Of a stretch of 64,000 nucleotides of DNA, positions 13,001 to 26,400 are shown one piece after another. Below the pieces are notes generated by a model that saw nothing but the letters and a program-made list of their open reading frames with translations, was not told the origin of the DNA and ran no database searches. This stretch comes from Styela clava (lineage: Eukaryota), in contig NC_135252.1 of NCBI RefSeq assembly GCF_964204865.1, positions 17,112,001 to 17,176,000 of the forward strand, read 5' to 3'. Both the position numbers and the translations under genes were made by a program. Numbering within the stretch: position 1 is the first letter of the stretch; each line of letters opens with the position of its first letter.

Positions 13001-16000
13001 ACGAGCATGCTCGTGTTTCTTGACACGACATGCAAACAATTAAATTAATCATTACGTTGTTATACTTCCAACAAATGTCCAAAAATTTAATTATATACTG
13101 ATCATTGTGATCAACTATTCACCATATCATATTTTGTGTGAAGACGTTTTTTTCCTTTCTGACACCGAGAGTTGATTACAAATAAATAACTTATGGAAGG
13201 CATCATTCATCAAATTTGCATTTTTTGATTCCTTTAGTTCAAACAGTTATCGGACAAATGGTTGAAGTTGATATCAGTGGGAAATGGAGGGCTGGTCGTA
13301 TCGTTTCAGCGAAAATTACTAAATCAGAACCTACAAAATGGAGAATTAAGTTTGATCAACATCCACAGGTATGCTTTTTTATGTTTTAGCTATTTCTGAA
13401 ATTCAACAATATCAAACACTGTAAATAAGATCATTCTTTGATCAATGACTTTTTATAATGCAGTGGAGCTGAAATAACAGTTCCATCGTTCCTTCGAAAT
13501 AATGTGAAAAATTAATGTAATCAAGAACCTAAATGAAATATTCTGTTCAATTTTGACAGCCTGGTTGCAAAGTGGGGCCAAGTGTATTTAATTTTTTATT
13601 CAGGACCGATTTGACAAGTGGTTGGAAGAAGGGTCAGATCATCTACGTTTTGTGAATGACGTCAAACTAGCTAATGGTATGACATTGCATAATGACAATC
13701 AAGAAGCTTCTGGGACAGCATGTGAGTAAGAAGTATAGATTAGGGTTTTTTTAAACTGGACCATCTAACCTCCAAGTACCAGTAATATAATTTGATAAGT
13801 TTATCGAATTCATTATAAGGGTAAATAGAATAAAAGATAAACTGGAATTCCATTCTTATTTTTTATTCGTCACCTCTAACTCAGGGTTTCTCAAACTGGG
13901 GTTCGTGATTACTGCACAGGGGACCGCAACGATATTATGAGAGACATATAAATTATAATCTTATCGCATTGCCGTAAGCCATCCAGTATTTACCATCAGT
14001 ATGTATTGATTCAGACTTTAATGCGTTTTATTTCATCAAAAGGTATCCTTTTTCGTAGGTCAGGCACAGAAATTGATACGACATAGGATGGGGGTCCATC
14101 AAAGATGAGATTCACGAACAGGGGTCCACGCCCCAAAAAATTGGGGAAACCCTGCTTTAACTCATCTGGTAGGGACCCAAACTACCAATGCAATTAAAAT
14201 ATTTACAACGGAGATCAACGGGGCCACATGAAAAGTCTTGGGAACGGGCCACAGATCAACAATTGTTCTTTCCTTGACCTATGACCTATTAAGCTCTTTT
14301 GTCTTTGTGGTTCGCAATTAACATGTCTGAACATATTTTATTCCAGCAAATGAACAGCTTCCTCACTCATCAACAGATTCTGGAAACATACCAGCTGGTG
14401 GTCAACTTGTTACCGAGCAACATGAAAATGCTTTAGGAAAACTGAGGTTCCGTTTTACTCTTTTTAATATTGAGTTTAGAAATGGGTTGTGTCATTTGCA
14501 CCATAATAATTGAAGTGATTCAAGAGTCTTCCTGCACACTAACACAAATGTATTTTCATAGCTTTTTGTCAGACAAAGATAACACCTCCCCGGACATTAA
14601 TGCAAGCAAAATTCTTCAATCATTTATAATTGTTATATTTATTCTTGCTAAGTGTCCTTGCATGCATTTATGCATCCGAATCCACTGGTGCGAAAACATA
14701 AAGAAGAATAAGTAGTTTGTCCCGCTGAAACCCAATCGGTATCATTATTAGGACAATCTAATATTGCATAAACTGGAATTGGCTATGAATGCTGTGACCT
14801 GTGATCATGAAAACTTTTTAGGCTAATGTACCATTGCAATTGCCTGGCCTTTTGTCTGGATATATCGCGGCTCTCATTCTTTACATCAGTGGTGACGTAA
14901 CTGTGGCCCGCCAAAGAATTTTGTGTGGCCCGCGAAGCATTCAGGCGATTCGGTGTATGTTTGCCATGAAGTCATAAACTTTTGAAAACTGTACACAGAA
15001 AACAGGACCGCCAGTATTAATATTATTCCTGCAATGCTATTTCCAATCCATCTATTTTTGTTGGACTGGTAAAATGGCCCGTGATAGCAAATAGATTCGT
15101 CACCCCTGCTCTAAATCCTTGTTGAATTGCAGTTTAGTTTGTTTGCATAGTCATACCCTCCAATTAAATTTCGCAGTGGGATTTCCTAATTTTTTGTACA
15201 AACCTCATGTTTATGCAGCATTTTATATTTGTTTCAGAACTTGCCTTCGTTATTTCCTCCCTCCTCAGTGGAAAATGCCAAAAGAGGAAATCAACAATTT
15301 ATCTCTTCAAGAACTCGTCGATTTTCCAATGGTAAATTAACAGCTCAATAAAAAATTCATTACTTCTTATATCAGAAGCTTCATTGTAGTTTCTTTATGC
15401 GTACTCAGGGTGGGGGGAATTGTTGAAAGTTGGAACCCCCTTTTTGAAATGTGTAAAAACAAAAATTTCTTTTTGTTTCATACATAGCAATTTTTTGTAG
15501 CTTCAACGCTTTTTAGACCCATTAGCTGTTACCGTCTATTTTAACAATTAGAAATTTTAGAAATATATAATTAGAAATATTGTGATCTTTTCCAGTAATA
15601 AAATGTGGCTTAGCTCTACTGTAAATATTATACCAGGATTTCTTTGTTGACGGTTTAAAGGTTTAGAGATTCCCACTTGTCAATGATTTTTTTTCCAGTG
15701 CTTCCATTCTCATAAATTACATTCAACTCAAGCTATTTCCCAGGCAATATTTTCCTGAAATTTTTCAAGTCTTCTAAACTTATTGATAAATTAGTAAAAC
15801 TTGACTGATTTTTACAGGATGATTTCTTTGATCATTACGAAAAAGGTCTTCGAAAACTTGTCAGTAATTTTCGCACACAAGCTGATCAGCAAAGATCAAT
15901 AGCAGCCAATGCTAAAAAGGAATTGGAAACTGCCAGAAAATTACTGCTCAATGTCTTGAAGAAAGTTGATTCAGTATGTATTGTTGTTCTCATCACCATT

Positions 16001-16674
16001 CCTAGCTTGCCGATTAGGATATGTATTGTAGAATTTTTTTGATTACGGTTATTCAAATTAATGATTTTCTTAATTACGATTAGGCAATTTTCTAAGTTAT
16101 ACAAGGTGTCCTGTGAGGGCCAAAACAATATATGGTATCAATAAATTCCCTTTGCAATTTCAAAAAATGTTAAGACTTTATGGACAGCCTATATATTGTT
16201 GGAAAATTAGTAAAAACATGTTACAAAATACAAATATTCATATGTCTTTTTATTTAAAAATAATGTATCTTGAATCATGGGTTTATTTCTTCTCAAGTAT
16301 TTGTTTCCCAAGTATTATACCGAAGCCAGTACTGATGTGTTTTAAATACAGGAATCTCTTACCCTACTTTTCCAATTTGTCCTTATTTTGGGGATTTGTG
16401 TCTATTAAAATGAATTTGTCTATGTTTTTCAGATTAGCCCAGATCATTAGTGGTGATAAATATAACTGAATGCGCTCGTTTTTGGTCTCAGGCAAATAGA
16501 ATAAAGATGTTAATTAGAGTTCATCATTGAATTTGCGGAATTTTACTTCAATGTTATTTAGGAATTAAAAATTTAATTCTCACAAGGCCATTTTCCCATT
16601 TTCAGAATACTCCTGAATTAGAAGGTGAAGCGTTGATGTCTCATGCTCAACAGTTCGTTGATGATCATACATGA
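1083..16674 (+). CDS. MORC2: ATPase MORC2-like (GHKL ATPase, S5 fold, coiled coil, CW zinc finger, chromo-like domain, C-terminal coiled coil); about 23 exons
   Basis: Spliced translation gives [22 protein letters not shown]|[29 protein letters not shown]|[11 protein letters not shown]|GSMRIG; ..[14 protein letters not shown]; [12 protein letters not shown]; CW finger IQC|[18 protein letters not shown]; CLRYFLPP; FFDHYEKGL. Approximate exons: 1083-1147, 1828-1972, 2507-2608, 3052-3232, 3820-3913, 4790-4904, 5468-5595, 6074-6152, 6676-6729, 6905-7026, 7918-8058, 8831-8946, 9535-9705, 10153-10392, 11202-11399, 12274-12453, 12821-12892, 13238-13368, 13604-13721, 14347-14446, 15238-15331, 15818-15973, 16606-16674. 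The last exon is less certain. Confidence 0.95.
3410..3574. mobile_element. hAT (Charlie-type) MITE
   Basis: TIRs cagcggtgtgcaacct / aggttgcacacccctg; GCGGCCC subterminal motifs; near-match flanks gtgctaaa/gtgctaga. Confidence 0.75.
4397..4610 (+). mobile_element. MITE family A (GG termini, 8-bp TSD; Merlin-like), copy 1
   Basis: About 210 bp repeated at 6372, 28550, 31650, 50928 and 53900; imperfect TIRs GGNACTCCCGTAGTGTGTGTACCA / TGGTACACATACTTCTGGAGCGCC; flanks ttcaatta/cccaatta. Confidence 0.85.
6372..6578 (+). mobile_element. MITE family A, copy 2
   Basis: Highly similar to 4397-4610; TSD aatttttt/aatttttc. Confidence 0.85.
7342..7780. mobile_element. hAT-type non-autonomous element, degenerate copy of 32354-32861
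   Basis: Shares ttaaacataactaaaatatga..., gttacgtaacaataga and the right TIR aaaagtttgggaaccgctg with 32354-32861. Confidence 0.7.
13882..14154. mobile_element. hAT (Charlie-type) MITE
   Basis: TIRs cagggtttctcaa / ggggaaaccctg; 8-bp TSD ctctaact/ctttaact. Confidence 0.8.
14887..15108. mobile_element. hAT-type MITE
   Basis: TIRs cagtggtgacg / cgtcacccctg; TGGCCCG subterminal motifs; flanks ctttacat/ctctaaat. Confidence 0.7.
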
Positions 16675-18426
16675 CCGGTCCTCTGATCTGCTCTCTACCT
16701 ATATTCTGGCCCAGCAAGAAGAAAAAAATCAATATGCTAGCCATTCTACTTTGTTGTAGTCGTACTACATAGCTGCTATACAATCAGCTTCTATTTCATC
16801 ATGAAACATTCATTTTTTTGTTCATCATCAAGTTTGACCAACCATGTTTTTAAATGTTTCAGGCTTAAATTAGAAAAGTCCATTAGCGGCTTAATCGTTT
16901 TAGTTTTGAATGGAGATTATGTGAAACAAAATTGGGTTCTTCCAGATTCGGGTCTTACAAATTCTGAATCTTCACAATATTTGGACGTCGGAAAGCAGAG
17001 GCCGGTTTCGGAGTTAAGTTCCATTCAATGCTCTATTTTTAACAATGGGTAACAAAACTTTACTTAAAAAAGATGAAAAAAAATTGGCTTCAAAAACTCT
17101 CCCTTAGGCAAGCCTGTTCCAGTTCATAACTTTGACCATGAAGTGTGGAATTCCGACCCCCGAATGTTCAAATAAAAGTAGGACTCCTCGTAAGACAAGT
17201 GATATACTCCAGACCAAGGTGCTGGAATCTAAATTCCTGGGATTGGGGTCTGAATTCCTAACAGTCAATTTTGGAATGCTTGCATACAGTTTTTTCAAAT
17301 TTAAATTTCTTGTGGTTTGGAGCTGGAGTCAAAACGTCCTTGAAATGGGAGACCAAGTCAAAGTACTTGTTAAATAGAAGTTGTTTATGCTATAATTGTG
17401 TTTATGGCTCATTATGGTATTTTCGTTAAAATTTCTGTGGTTTATATTCGTTCTGCACCATTCTGTCTTAGTTTATTTCTCTTCCGATTCTCCACCAATC
17501 AGGGAACTAGAAGTATACAAATACTAATTGCAACATTCGAATATTATATTATCTGGTATCCCCAATTCCTATAGCATACAACATATCATGTTTTTTTGCA
17601 ACAAACTAGGTTTTTAAGATGTTAACAAAGATTGTATACTTCTTGATCAACACGTCTCAGTCCATAGGTTCGTGTTCAATATTTCTTTGAAACTAGCATT
17701 TCTTGGTATGAAAAATATTTTCTCATGTGTGAATACCTTTAGCTGATTTTAGCATCGGTTAATAAGAGTGTACAAAAGTTGCCTTTTGTATATTTTATGT
17801 AATGTTTTTAATAAACAAACCCAACATATACCAGTCTCGATATTCAAACTGCGGAAGACATTGAAAGATTAGCTGGTGTATACCCGTACATAATACTTAA
17901 AATCCCAATCAGCAGCCTGTTTTTCTGAATAAGGTAACCGAATGCAGGTGGTGTGGCTCCCTAAACTGCTGTTGTAAATGCTAGCGAGTGTGAGGTTGCG
18001 AAAATATACACCTGGTGATTCTCAATTTGGATCTTAGCTTGTTTCTGCTGCAGTCCAATTTTGATGAATGAAATTAAGACTTTCAATGATGATGAAATGA
18101 GTCAAGGCTTGCTTGCATACACAAGTTTTCATTTTGCTGGAGTCAAAATTTTTTACGATCTGCAGAATCAAAAGAGTCTATTGTAAATTTTTTTAATCCA
18201 ACTCCCCTCCCCCAAAGTCAGTATTATTATCCTACTGACCCAACACGAGTCTATTTCTGGCCAAGTCATCTCACTCGATGGGTTGCTGCTATAACATATT
18301 CTTGCCCCCATAAAACATCCGATTATTCTTATCTACTCAGCCCTACAAAAATTTGGGAAAACCAGGTTTAACAGTTTTTTATTGTTGTCTCGTAATGACA
18401 GAAAAAATAATAGATAAAGTTAATAT

Positions 18427-20209
18427 CTATTTCTTCTGTTGAGCTTTCAATACTCTGACAACAATCTTCTGTTCTTCGACCAAGAAAGCACGAACAATTC
18501 TTTCACGAAGTGCTTTTGAACACAAGCATCCACCGTATGTCCTGTAATAAGTGTAAATTATTAGCTTATATAAATTTTATTAGCTGTTGGTATTTCAGTG
18601 ATCGACCAGAGTTTGGAGATGCGACTCCTTCACTTCGGAGTGCTTTTTTATTTGCATTGATCAAATTCTCACATAAAAAAATAGTTGACAATCAGTTTTT
18701 AATTTAAACAATATTTACAATTTGATTACGAAAGGTGGATATACCTCAAGAACCTGAGAAAATTTTGTCTGAAATCATTACCACAAGCAAAAGGATGTCG
18801 CATGAACTCAATTGTCAATAAAAACATGCCAGTTCCAACTGCTGATAGCAACATCTTTAAAAAAAGTGTTTGAAAGTCCAGTCTGTCATCTTTTTGTTGA
18901 TGACAATTACCAGTCATTGCATTTAGATGACACAAAAAATAAGTAGTGCCTTAAGTTAAACTAGATTTGAGCACTGAATTATTGAAAACAAATTTCCACC
19001 TAGTAACGGTCTTGAGACGACGTGTTCTTGACATCAACTGCTTGGGCCTGCCTGGTTTGATTCCAAATAATTTTCTTTTTGTTTCACCACATTTTGGAAT
19101 TGTGCCAACCTGAAATGAGCAGAGTTGATTTGTTAACTCTTTTGTTCCGTATGACGAATATATTCGTACTACCATCCTTGTTCATAATAGTTATTTTCGG
19201 ACTATTTTATGTTCATGTTTTGTGAAGTATTCCGCACTAACTAAATCATTTTGAGCATCCAACTATGATCCGTGCTTGATCTGTCAACATTTTTTTTTTG
19301 TAAATTTTTTATTTTACTACTAAGTGAATTTTATTTGTGTAGGTATTTCAAAGCTTAGAGATACACGAAAGTATTTGTCATTACTTCAAAAATAAGTCAT
19401 TTGAACAAGCGGGAAACAATTTCGCGCACATAATAAACAAACAAAGATTCCAGACAACTATCGTGGACATGCTCTCACATATCATTGATTGCTTCGCTTG
19501 CGAAGCTGAGTCTAGTTTTTCTGCAAAGGTGACGTAACGCTCTTTCAGAAGAGCGCTTGGAATTTCGTTTCTTTGTAACATGTTTCTTTGTTTTTTAAAG
19601 AGATATTGGGGGTGTTCCTTGTACGTTTGGTTAACTGGTCATTACATATTATAAAATGGTACAAAAAGTCGATTGTATACAGCGGAAAAAAAGGGTTGAT
19701 AAACTGGGAAAATTAAACAAAGAAGATCTTTATTGTAAATTCTGAAGATCCAGATTGTGACCCTTACATATACTTATGGAAATTAATGCTACTATATTGT
19801 TGCTAATAATAAGGTTCAATTCATATGGTTTATTCATATATACTGCTCAAACTGTCAAATGATTTCATAACCATTTTTCTTCTGTATAATTTTTACAATG
19901 AAATCCATGTCGAAGTTCGGAATAGAATTTAAATTTATAACAAAATACACCAATTAGACCGCTCAAAATACAGAATTCTATAATAAAAATATCTACAAAC
20001 AATTATTATAGTATAGAATTGACATTACTTTCATTGCCCAAATTTTCAGACCACTCAAAAATTATTATTCCATAAAAAAAATCTTTGATGAAATTTACCT
20101 TCTTTGTTCGTAAATATACTAGACGTCCACCAGGTGTTTTAGAGATTCTTCTTGTATTTGAAGTTGTGTTGTACGGGTTACGCCTACGATATCTCAATCG
20201 TTGAACCAT
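18427..20209 (-). CDS. RPL34: 60S ribosomal protein L34 (eL34), 3 coding exons, 111 aa
   Basis: Exons 20209-20099 ([37 protein letters not shown]), 19109-19000 ([13 protein letters not shown]) and 18541-18427 ([37 protein letters not shown]); splice phases are compatible; minus-strand AATAAA near 18377-18382. Confidence 0.97.
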
Positions 20210-20434
20210 TGTGCCTGTAACGAGTGCATAAAATATGTAATATAAGAATTAAATACCGGGGCATTTGTGGGATACTAATACTGTAATATTGATGCATATA
20301 TAAATGTTTCACTCGTACAAGTTTTTGTAGAAAAAATTGACAAGGATAAAATGAATGAAATGTAAAAAATTGAAAATGTAATATAAACCCTAAGCCTGTA
20401 CTCATTGAAGCATGACAAGTCAGAATAACCTTAC

Positions 20435-20515
20435 CTAAAATACTGACTTAAAAACTGTTATTTCAAGATATTTTGCGTCGTTTTTTGGCAAAATTAGTTC
20501 GAGGTCAAAAAGCAC
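20435..20515 (-). promoter_or_regulatory. Probable RPL34 non-coding first exon starting at a pyrimidine tract (5'TOP/TCT-like initiator)
   Basis: Minus strand gtgCTTTTTgacctc... ends at donor AG|gtaagg (~20435); an acceptor ttacag lies just upstream of the ATG (~20215). Confidence 0.5.
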
Positions 20516-21136
20516 TTGACAGCTTTAGCTAGCTAGGCACATCATGCTCATACACCAGGGGCAGGGCAACATCCCCTGAACTGGTCCAGTGATCTAGCTA
20601 AAATTGGAGATGATTGCTTCTGCTGTTCTCAAGCCTTTTGTTTTATCGACTATTGCTGTTAGCCTAGTCTTTTTTTGTAATAAAATAGATCGACAAAAAC
20701 ATTCTAAACAAGTGTATCAATACAGTCTGGTCATTCTTCTTTGATTTAACAGTGAAAATGAATTAAGTAAGGCTGGAATGTTTTATTGACAGGGCAGCCC
20801 GAGAGAAAACATAAAATTCAAAGCTTATTGAAGCAGTACAGCGATTTAATATGATGAAATACGATCCTATCAGGACGTTTTCACATTGTGGACAAAAAAT
20901 ACTCATAAATTCCATGTTTAAACCCACCTTTTCAACTGTTTTTTCATCAACAGAAAAACCAGCAACACAGTATCAGCGAACGCCTAGGAAAAGAGGCATG
21001 ACACGATTGTTGATTAGTGGCGCCACCACGCGGTGCCGTTGGAACACGGAAGCTGCCTTGTGTATTTCTACGATGCCACATCTATTTGTAATTATCGTGA
21101 ACGGCGTCGTTTAGAGATTTCAAGAATCTAATTGGA

Positions 21137-21369
21137 TAGGATAGGATTTACAAATTTATCCCGGAGGAGAGGAAAGCCGATAAGACGGCTTAATATGGCA
21201 AACCACGGCCTCTCGTCCGGTTACCAGTCCAGGTTGGGTATGGGAATAGTTAGCCAATTATTTGTTTTTTCGGAAGCATGGGCTTGATGGTAGAGGAAGC
21301 TGTAATCGACCAGCGGTTACGTGAACCACCCTACGGCGGCGAGGAGTCCAGCAATCTTCTCGCACATGA
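21137..21369 (-). mobile_element. SINE-like repeat (3' part with (TCCTA)n tail)
   Basis: Reverse complement of 47878-48101 (shared ttaagccgtcttatcggcttt, ggactggtaa, tagggtggt); ends in a short tandem tail. Confidence 0.65.
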
Positions 21370-21509
21370 TCATTCGTGGAGATGTTTCTAATTCTCGAGT
21401 TCCTTGAATCCTGGTTATTACCTGTTTTATCCATGTATTTTATGCTATCTTATCCTATTCCTACCCGGCCGTCGTCGGGTGCGGACGTGTCTGCTTGAAA
21501 AGACTAGAC

Positions 21510-21825
21510 TAAGACACTAGAGAATGCCGCGCGCTATATGTTTCGGTATTTGTATGGGGTGGTGTCGGCATGAGCAAAGCACATTCACCGGAATTAGGGA
21601 AGTTTATGGATATAAGATTGGTTTTGAAGTTGGATGGTGGACGATCTGTTACGGATCTGGTTGTGGATGATGGAGGAGAGCGCAGACAAGATGGGACCAC
21701 TGCGACTGTTCGAATGGTGGTCGTGGAAATTCGATATTGATGTTGGAGGTATTGGAACGGATACAGTGATTTTAAACTGAGCTAATCGAGAGCGACAGAG
21801 GAACCCGATGACCCAGTTCATGATT
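21510..21825 (-). mobile_element. Possible decayed non-LTR retrotransposon RT fragment
   Basis: Minus translation NWVIGFLCRSRLAQFKITVS/SNTSNINIEFPR (one frameshift) loosely resembles the W(I)xSFLxxRxxxV...S....IxxGVPQG block of LINE RTs; GC content is above the flanks. Confidence 0.3.
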
Positions 21826-23467
21826 TGTGCATCGCGTGTGATGGAACATTCAATCTATTTGCCGAGCTTGTTTTTTAGTAACAATTTTTTGTCACTGTGT
21901 TATTTTTGCAATGAAATTGAACTAGGCCTACAACACCACCATTTTACGTCAGCGAGTGTTTTTTATTCTATAGTTTTGCAGAAAAAGCACTGTTGTGTTA
22001 CACATACACGTCTCACATTTTAAATTTAATTCAAAAGTATTGCCCGATTTTATATCGTGTTTTTGTTTTAGTGTGTTTTGACTGGTTTTGGTGAACGGGC
22101 ACGTACGTTTTTAACTTTTCTATTAAGTTATGCCCGTCCTCTAGGTCTCTGTATTTTGTTTGTCCGTTTGTTGTTGTTTTGTTTCTTCAGATTCTGTTTA
22201 TCCGCGCTCTGTTCTGCGGGAAAAGCAGATGTGCGTGGAGTCTGACTTTCTGAGAATCAAATTTTTAATTGCTTGCTTACGCCATGCCAGTGATCAGGAC
22301 AATGGCTGATCCCGTTTGAGTAATTAATACAGTATATTATTTTATATTTATTTTCCTTTCTATATATATATCTGATGAATTTCTACAATAAGTTGCATCG
22401 TTGGTCGTGGATTTTAAGAAACATGCTCATAATCGGAATGTTTTGCTTTTACAAACCACTCATTAAACATATATATTTGTTAATATTTTGTTTTCCGAAA
22501 ATACTACTTTTTTTTCTTATAATATTTTTTGAAGTGTTTTGGTGTTTCATTAACTTTTTGTGCTCACTAACCTGAATCAGCGAGTTTTTAAGGTATCGCT
22601 GCCTGAAGACCTTATAAAGTCACACAACCTAAGTTAAATTCAATGTTTTTTTCTTATGATACGTTTATTTTGTGCTGACGAATAAAATTATGATTGATTG
22701 ATTTGTAAATTTAATATTTTAATTCTTTTGAAATCGTGCTTCCCTTTATCATGAAAACAATATACCCTGCCACCCATACAGCTATCTGTAGTTTGTCAGA
22801 GTTTACTAATGCAGTTTACTTAAGTATTTTGAGACATAAATATTTGAATCTTCATCCAAAATTGCTCATTTAGGTTAGTAAAGTATAGATTTTTTCCACT
22901 TTGGCCTGTAAATAATCTCTGAGTATAATAATAATTAGTGTCACCCAGTTTTGTTTGTTTTCGAAATAATCCACAGATTTATACATATTCTCAATGAAGA
23001 TATGTTATAGCTCCATGAAATTTAAATTGACTCCCTTAAATATATTATTTTCATACCGTATCCAGAAGTGGGGATAAACGCCGGATTAACAATCTTACAT
23101 AAACTAATGCTGAGGATTTTGCACCTCGAAAGCAAATTTCATTCCCAATTGACACTATTTACGAACAACTCGAGACGTTCACGCCTTCACTAGAGCAATC
23201 ACTACATTACTTGAAACTGACATCAAAATGTTTCATTCATGAAAGTATTTGAACATCTCCAAGCTCATGCGAAACGACGAATAAATATACTAATAACAAA
23301 GTTTATTTAATATCGTAAAATATATATGAGATATTTTTGAGGTTCTGTATCTGTAATGGCATACTTTTCAGAAAAAGAAGTTTATCAAATTGATTTCAAA
23401 TACATGAATCTTCACTGGCACTGGACGACATTGCCGCAGCCAGGTGACAATTGAGTAACATGAGTTG

Positions 23468-26400
23468 TTATAATTGTTTATTTGATTTAGGCTGGTCTTC
23501 CACGGAAAACATCGTTGTTACCGATGGACGTCTCACTACACTCAGAGCAGCTTCCAACTGTCTGACTGTGGTAAAGTGAACAATCTAAAATGGATATAAT
23601 AAATCATTTAAAGCGGGAAATTTGAATAATTGAACAATCCCAAGAAAAACTAATTCAACTCTGCGAGAACGCCTATTGTGAGGTGATCTAGTTTCGAACA
23701 AGGTTATACAACTATTTTACTATGATATTTCTATTCTTATGTTTTTATAATATGTACATCTGACTTCCCGAATACTTGCCTCTATTAATGCCAGTAAAAT
23801 GGCCATTGCAGTAACAACAAGCAAGTTTTCGTTTATAAATGATTCCACTTTATCTCTGCATCCCTGCACAAAAGAATCTTAACGTCAGTTTTTGGTTATC
23901 ACAAAAAAGTTCCAAAATAAAACGTAAATCAAAATAAAAAAACAATCCACTGTATTTCCGAAGTCGAGCATTGTATCAATTATTCTTTGTGAACAATATT
24001 ACGACAGCATGTCATTTATTGTGTTTATGGTCAAAATCAATTGATTTGAACACTGAGCGTTGGTCATATAAATTCAGCAATACTGGACAAAAGCACTAGT
24101 TTAACGGAAAGACAAAAGTCGGCTTTAGAAATCGAAAAGCAGAGACAGGAAATAAGCATTTTGCGCGCTCGCATCGTAGCGCCGCTCTCTGCAATGATTT
24201 TAAACAATTGGCAATACTCAATTTTACAAAACCTTTGTGTAAATAACATCCTCAGGTTTAGATGTGTCAAGGTGACATTTTATTCGATCTTCATTCGAAA
24301 AAAAACTATGGCGATTGATACAACAACTGTCTGGCCACCTGTCTGAAAGGAAATTTATTTTAGTTCTGTTTTGTTCTTCCCGCCGCGATAAGTTTTACCC
24401 TGGCGCTGTCAAATCAGAAGAATCTTAACTGGGTCAACATACAACCCAAATTGGGCATTTCCTTTTTTTCTTCAAAAATAACGTAGTTCAATGGGAGATT
24501 TTTCGAGATAAACATATATAAATTAAACGTATTTATTATAATATATTTTGTTAGAACCAGCATGTTGCGATCACAGTCTTACTAGGGTTAACAAATTTCT
24601 CAAATAATTCTACTAAAATGAAGAAAATTAACCCTTAAACTTCTGTTTGTTTATGATTGTGGCCGAAAGTTTCAGCAATCTTTTTTTTCAATAATCTTTT
24701 TGTCACACTGTAATAACGGTTTTATGCGTACCTTTTTTAGGATTGTTGGTTTGCAAAATCCACCATTTTGATCCATCGGGATATTTTTCAGAAACATTTG
24801 AAAAATCTTTGTATCCTTCGATCGAGTTGAAACCACAACATTTCAACTGAAATTTAAAAAAAAAAACATACAAATAGATCAGATTTGTAAGGTAACAGAT
24901 GAACGTACCTTTTTATTTTAAATATAAATTTCATTCATTCAACCTTGCCCTAAAGTCACTTACCCCACTTTGAACTGACTTCCAAGCAACAGATTGCTGA
25001 TTGACAGCGTTGTCACCCAAATACATTTCCATTAACGATTTCTTCATATAATAATCGATATCAGCTTTGACCTAAAAAAAAACAATATCCACTAGTAGGT
25101 ATTCATAAATTTGTGGCTGTCAGGTTCCATAGCAAATATTTAAAGAAAAAAAAAACGAAATCTTCTCACCTCAAATCTCAACCAGACGCTCAAAGCCCCG
25201 ACAGTTACAAGCTGAACGAAGAGTACAACCAAGAAGAGGAAAAACTAAATAACAAAAAATAGAATACTATTAAAAATATATATAGGGAATTGGAATATGA
25301 TTCAGATTTAATTTAAGAAGAGAACAGACGTGCCATACTCCATGGCGTGCCAGATTTGTCCCACAATTTTCATTGATATATTTTTTGTACTCGAATGCCA
25401 AATTTAATAATATATACTCATTTTCTGCAATAACGTACACTCGTACAGTATGTCGTTATTAAACGATGGTGTTTTCCCTCGACATTTGAAAAGGTCCGCC
25501 CTGAATGTTCAAATATTTCTAAGGGAATATGCAGATAAACATATAAATTTTATATGTAATATAACAGTCACGTTTATATATCAAATTGAAATTGTGACTT
25601 CATTTAATCGTAAATATGATTTAATTGACGATCATCAATTCCTTTGCAAGGCAAAGAAAAATAATGTTCTTGTCACTATAATCATGACTTACCAATCCCA
25701 AAATATACTTGTTATTTGAAACTGCAGCACAACACCCAAGATAGGCCAGAAGAACTGTACACACGCCAGTAGCTCCAATTATATACATACAAATTTCTAT
25801 ATTATTTCGAGTCATACCAGATGCAACGATCGACATGAGATTTTGGTTTGCTGGTACAAAAGTAAACCAAACTGAGTAGCATACCAGGAAAGCTCCCAGA
25901 ATCTTTAACAAAAAATTTAACTGATTATGAAAAATATATGCATGACTAAAACTATATCATCAGTTGCCAGGTGTAGGAAACGACTATCTGCCTAAATGGT
26001 AATATCTACCGAGGCCATATCAACTAAGGTGATTTATGCCAAAGTGATTCTAAAACAACAGAAAACTTCCCCCGATTTAATGCGTAACTGAGAGACAAAA
26101 GACGTTCAGGTAAACACCCCTATATACTAAAAAACGTTAGAAACAAATATAGGCTACTTTTATTGTGGAACGATACAAAACCTTATATATATTTATATAT
26201 CAACTTTTGCTGAATCATGAAACTTGTTAGAGTGATATAAATTGTTATAAATGGAATTTAAATTTAATATTGGAAAGAATCGATTGTGTCATTCTGTTCT
26301 CGACTCTTCTATCCCATTCATGCCTGCTCGAGACAGCTGTTACATATGCGTTACAAGCATAACTTCATTACACGACGTTCTATACTAGACACTTGACCTA

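Noticed and set aside
17140-17360. Degenerate GGAGTC/GACTCC-rich patches (also ~4095, ~11950-12180, ~50515, ~62905, ~63360)
   Set aside because: Probably an old repeat family, but its boundaries and termini cannot be defined by eye.
18542-20098. Expected snoRNAs in RPL34 introns
   Set aside because: No properly spaced box C/D or H/ACA pair found on the sense strand; the one structured block is reported separately.
23780-24846. Apparent frameshift and missing PxSCC motif in the tetraspanin (pseudogene?)
   Set aside because: An extra exon at ~24342-24233 (DRWPDSCC...IYTK) restores the phase and the motif.
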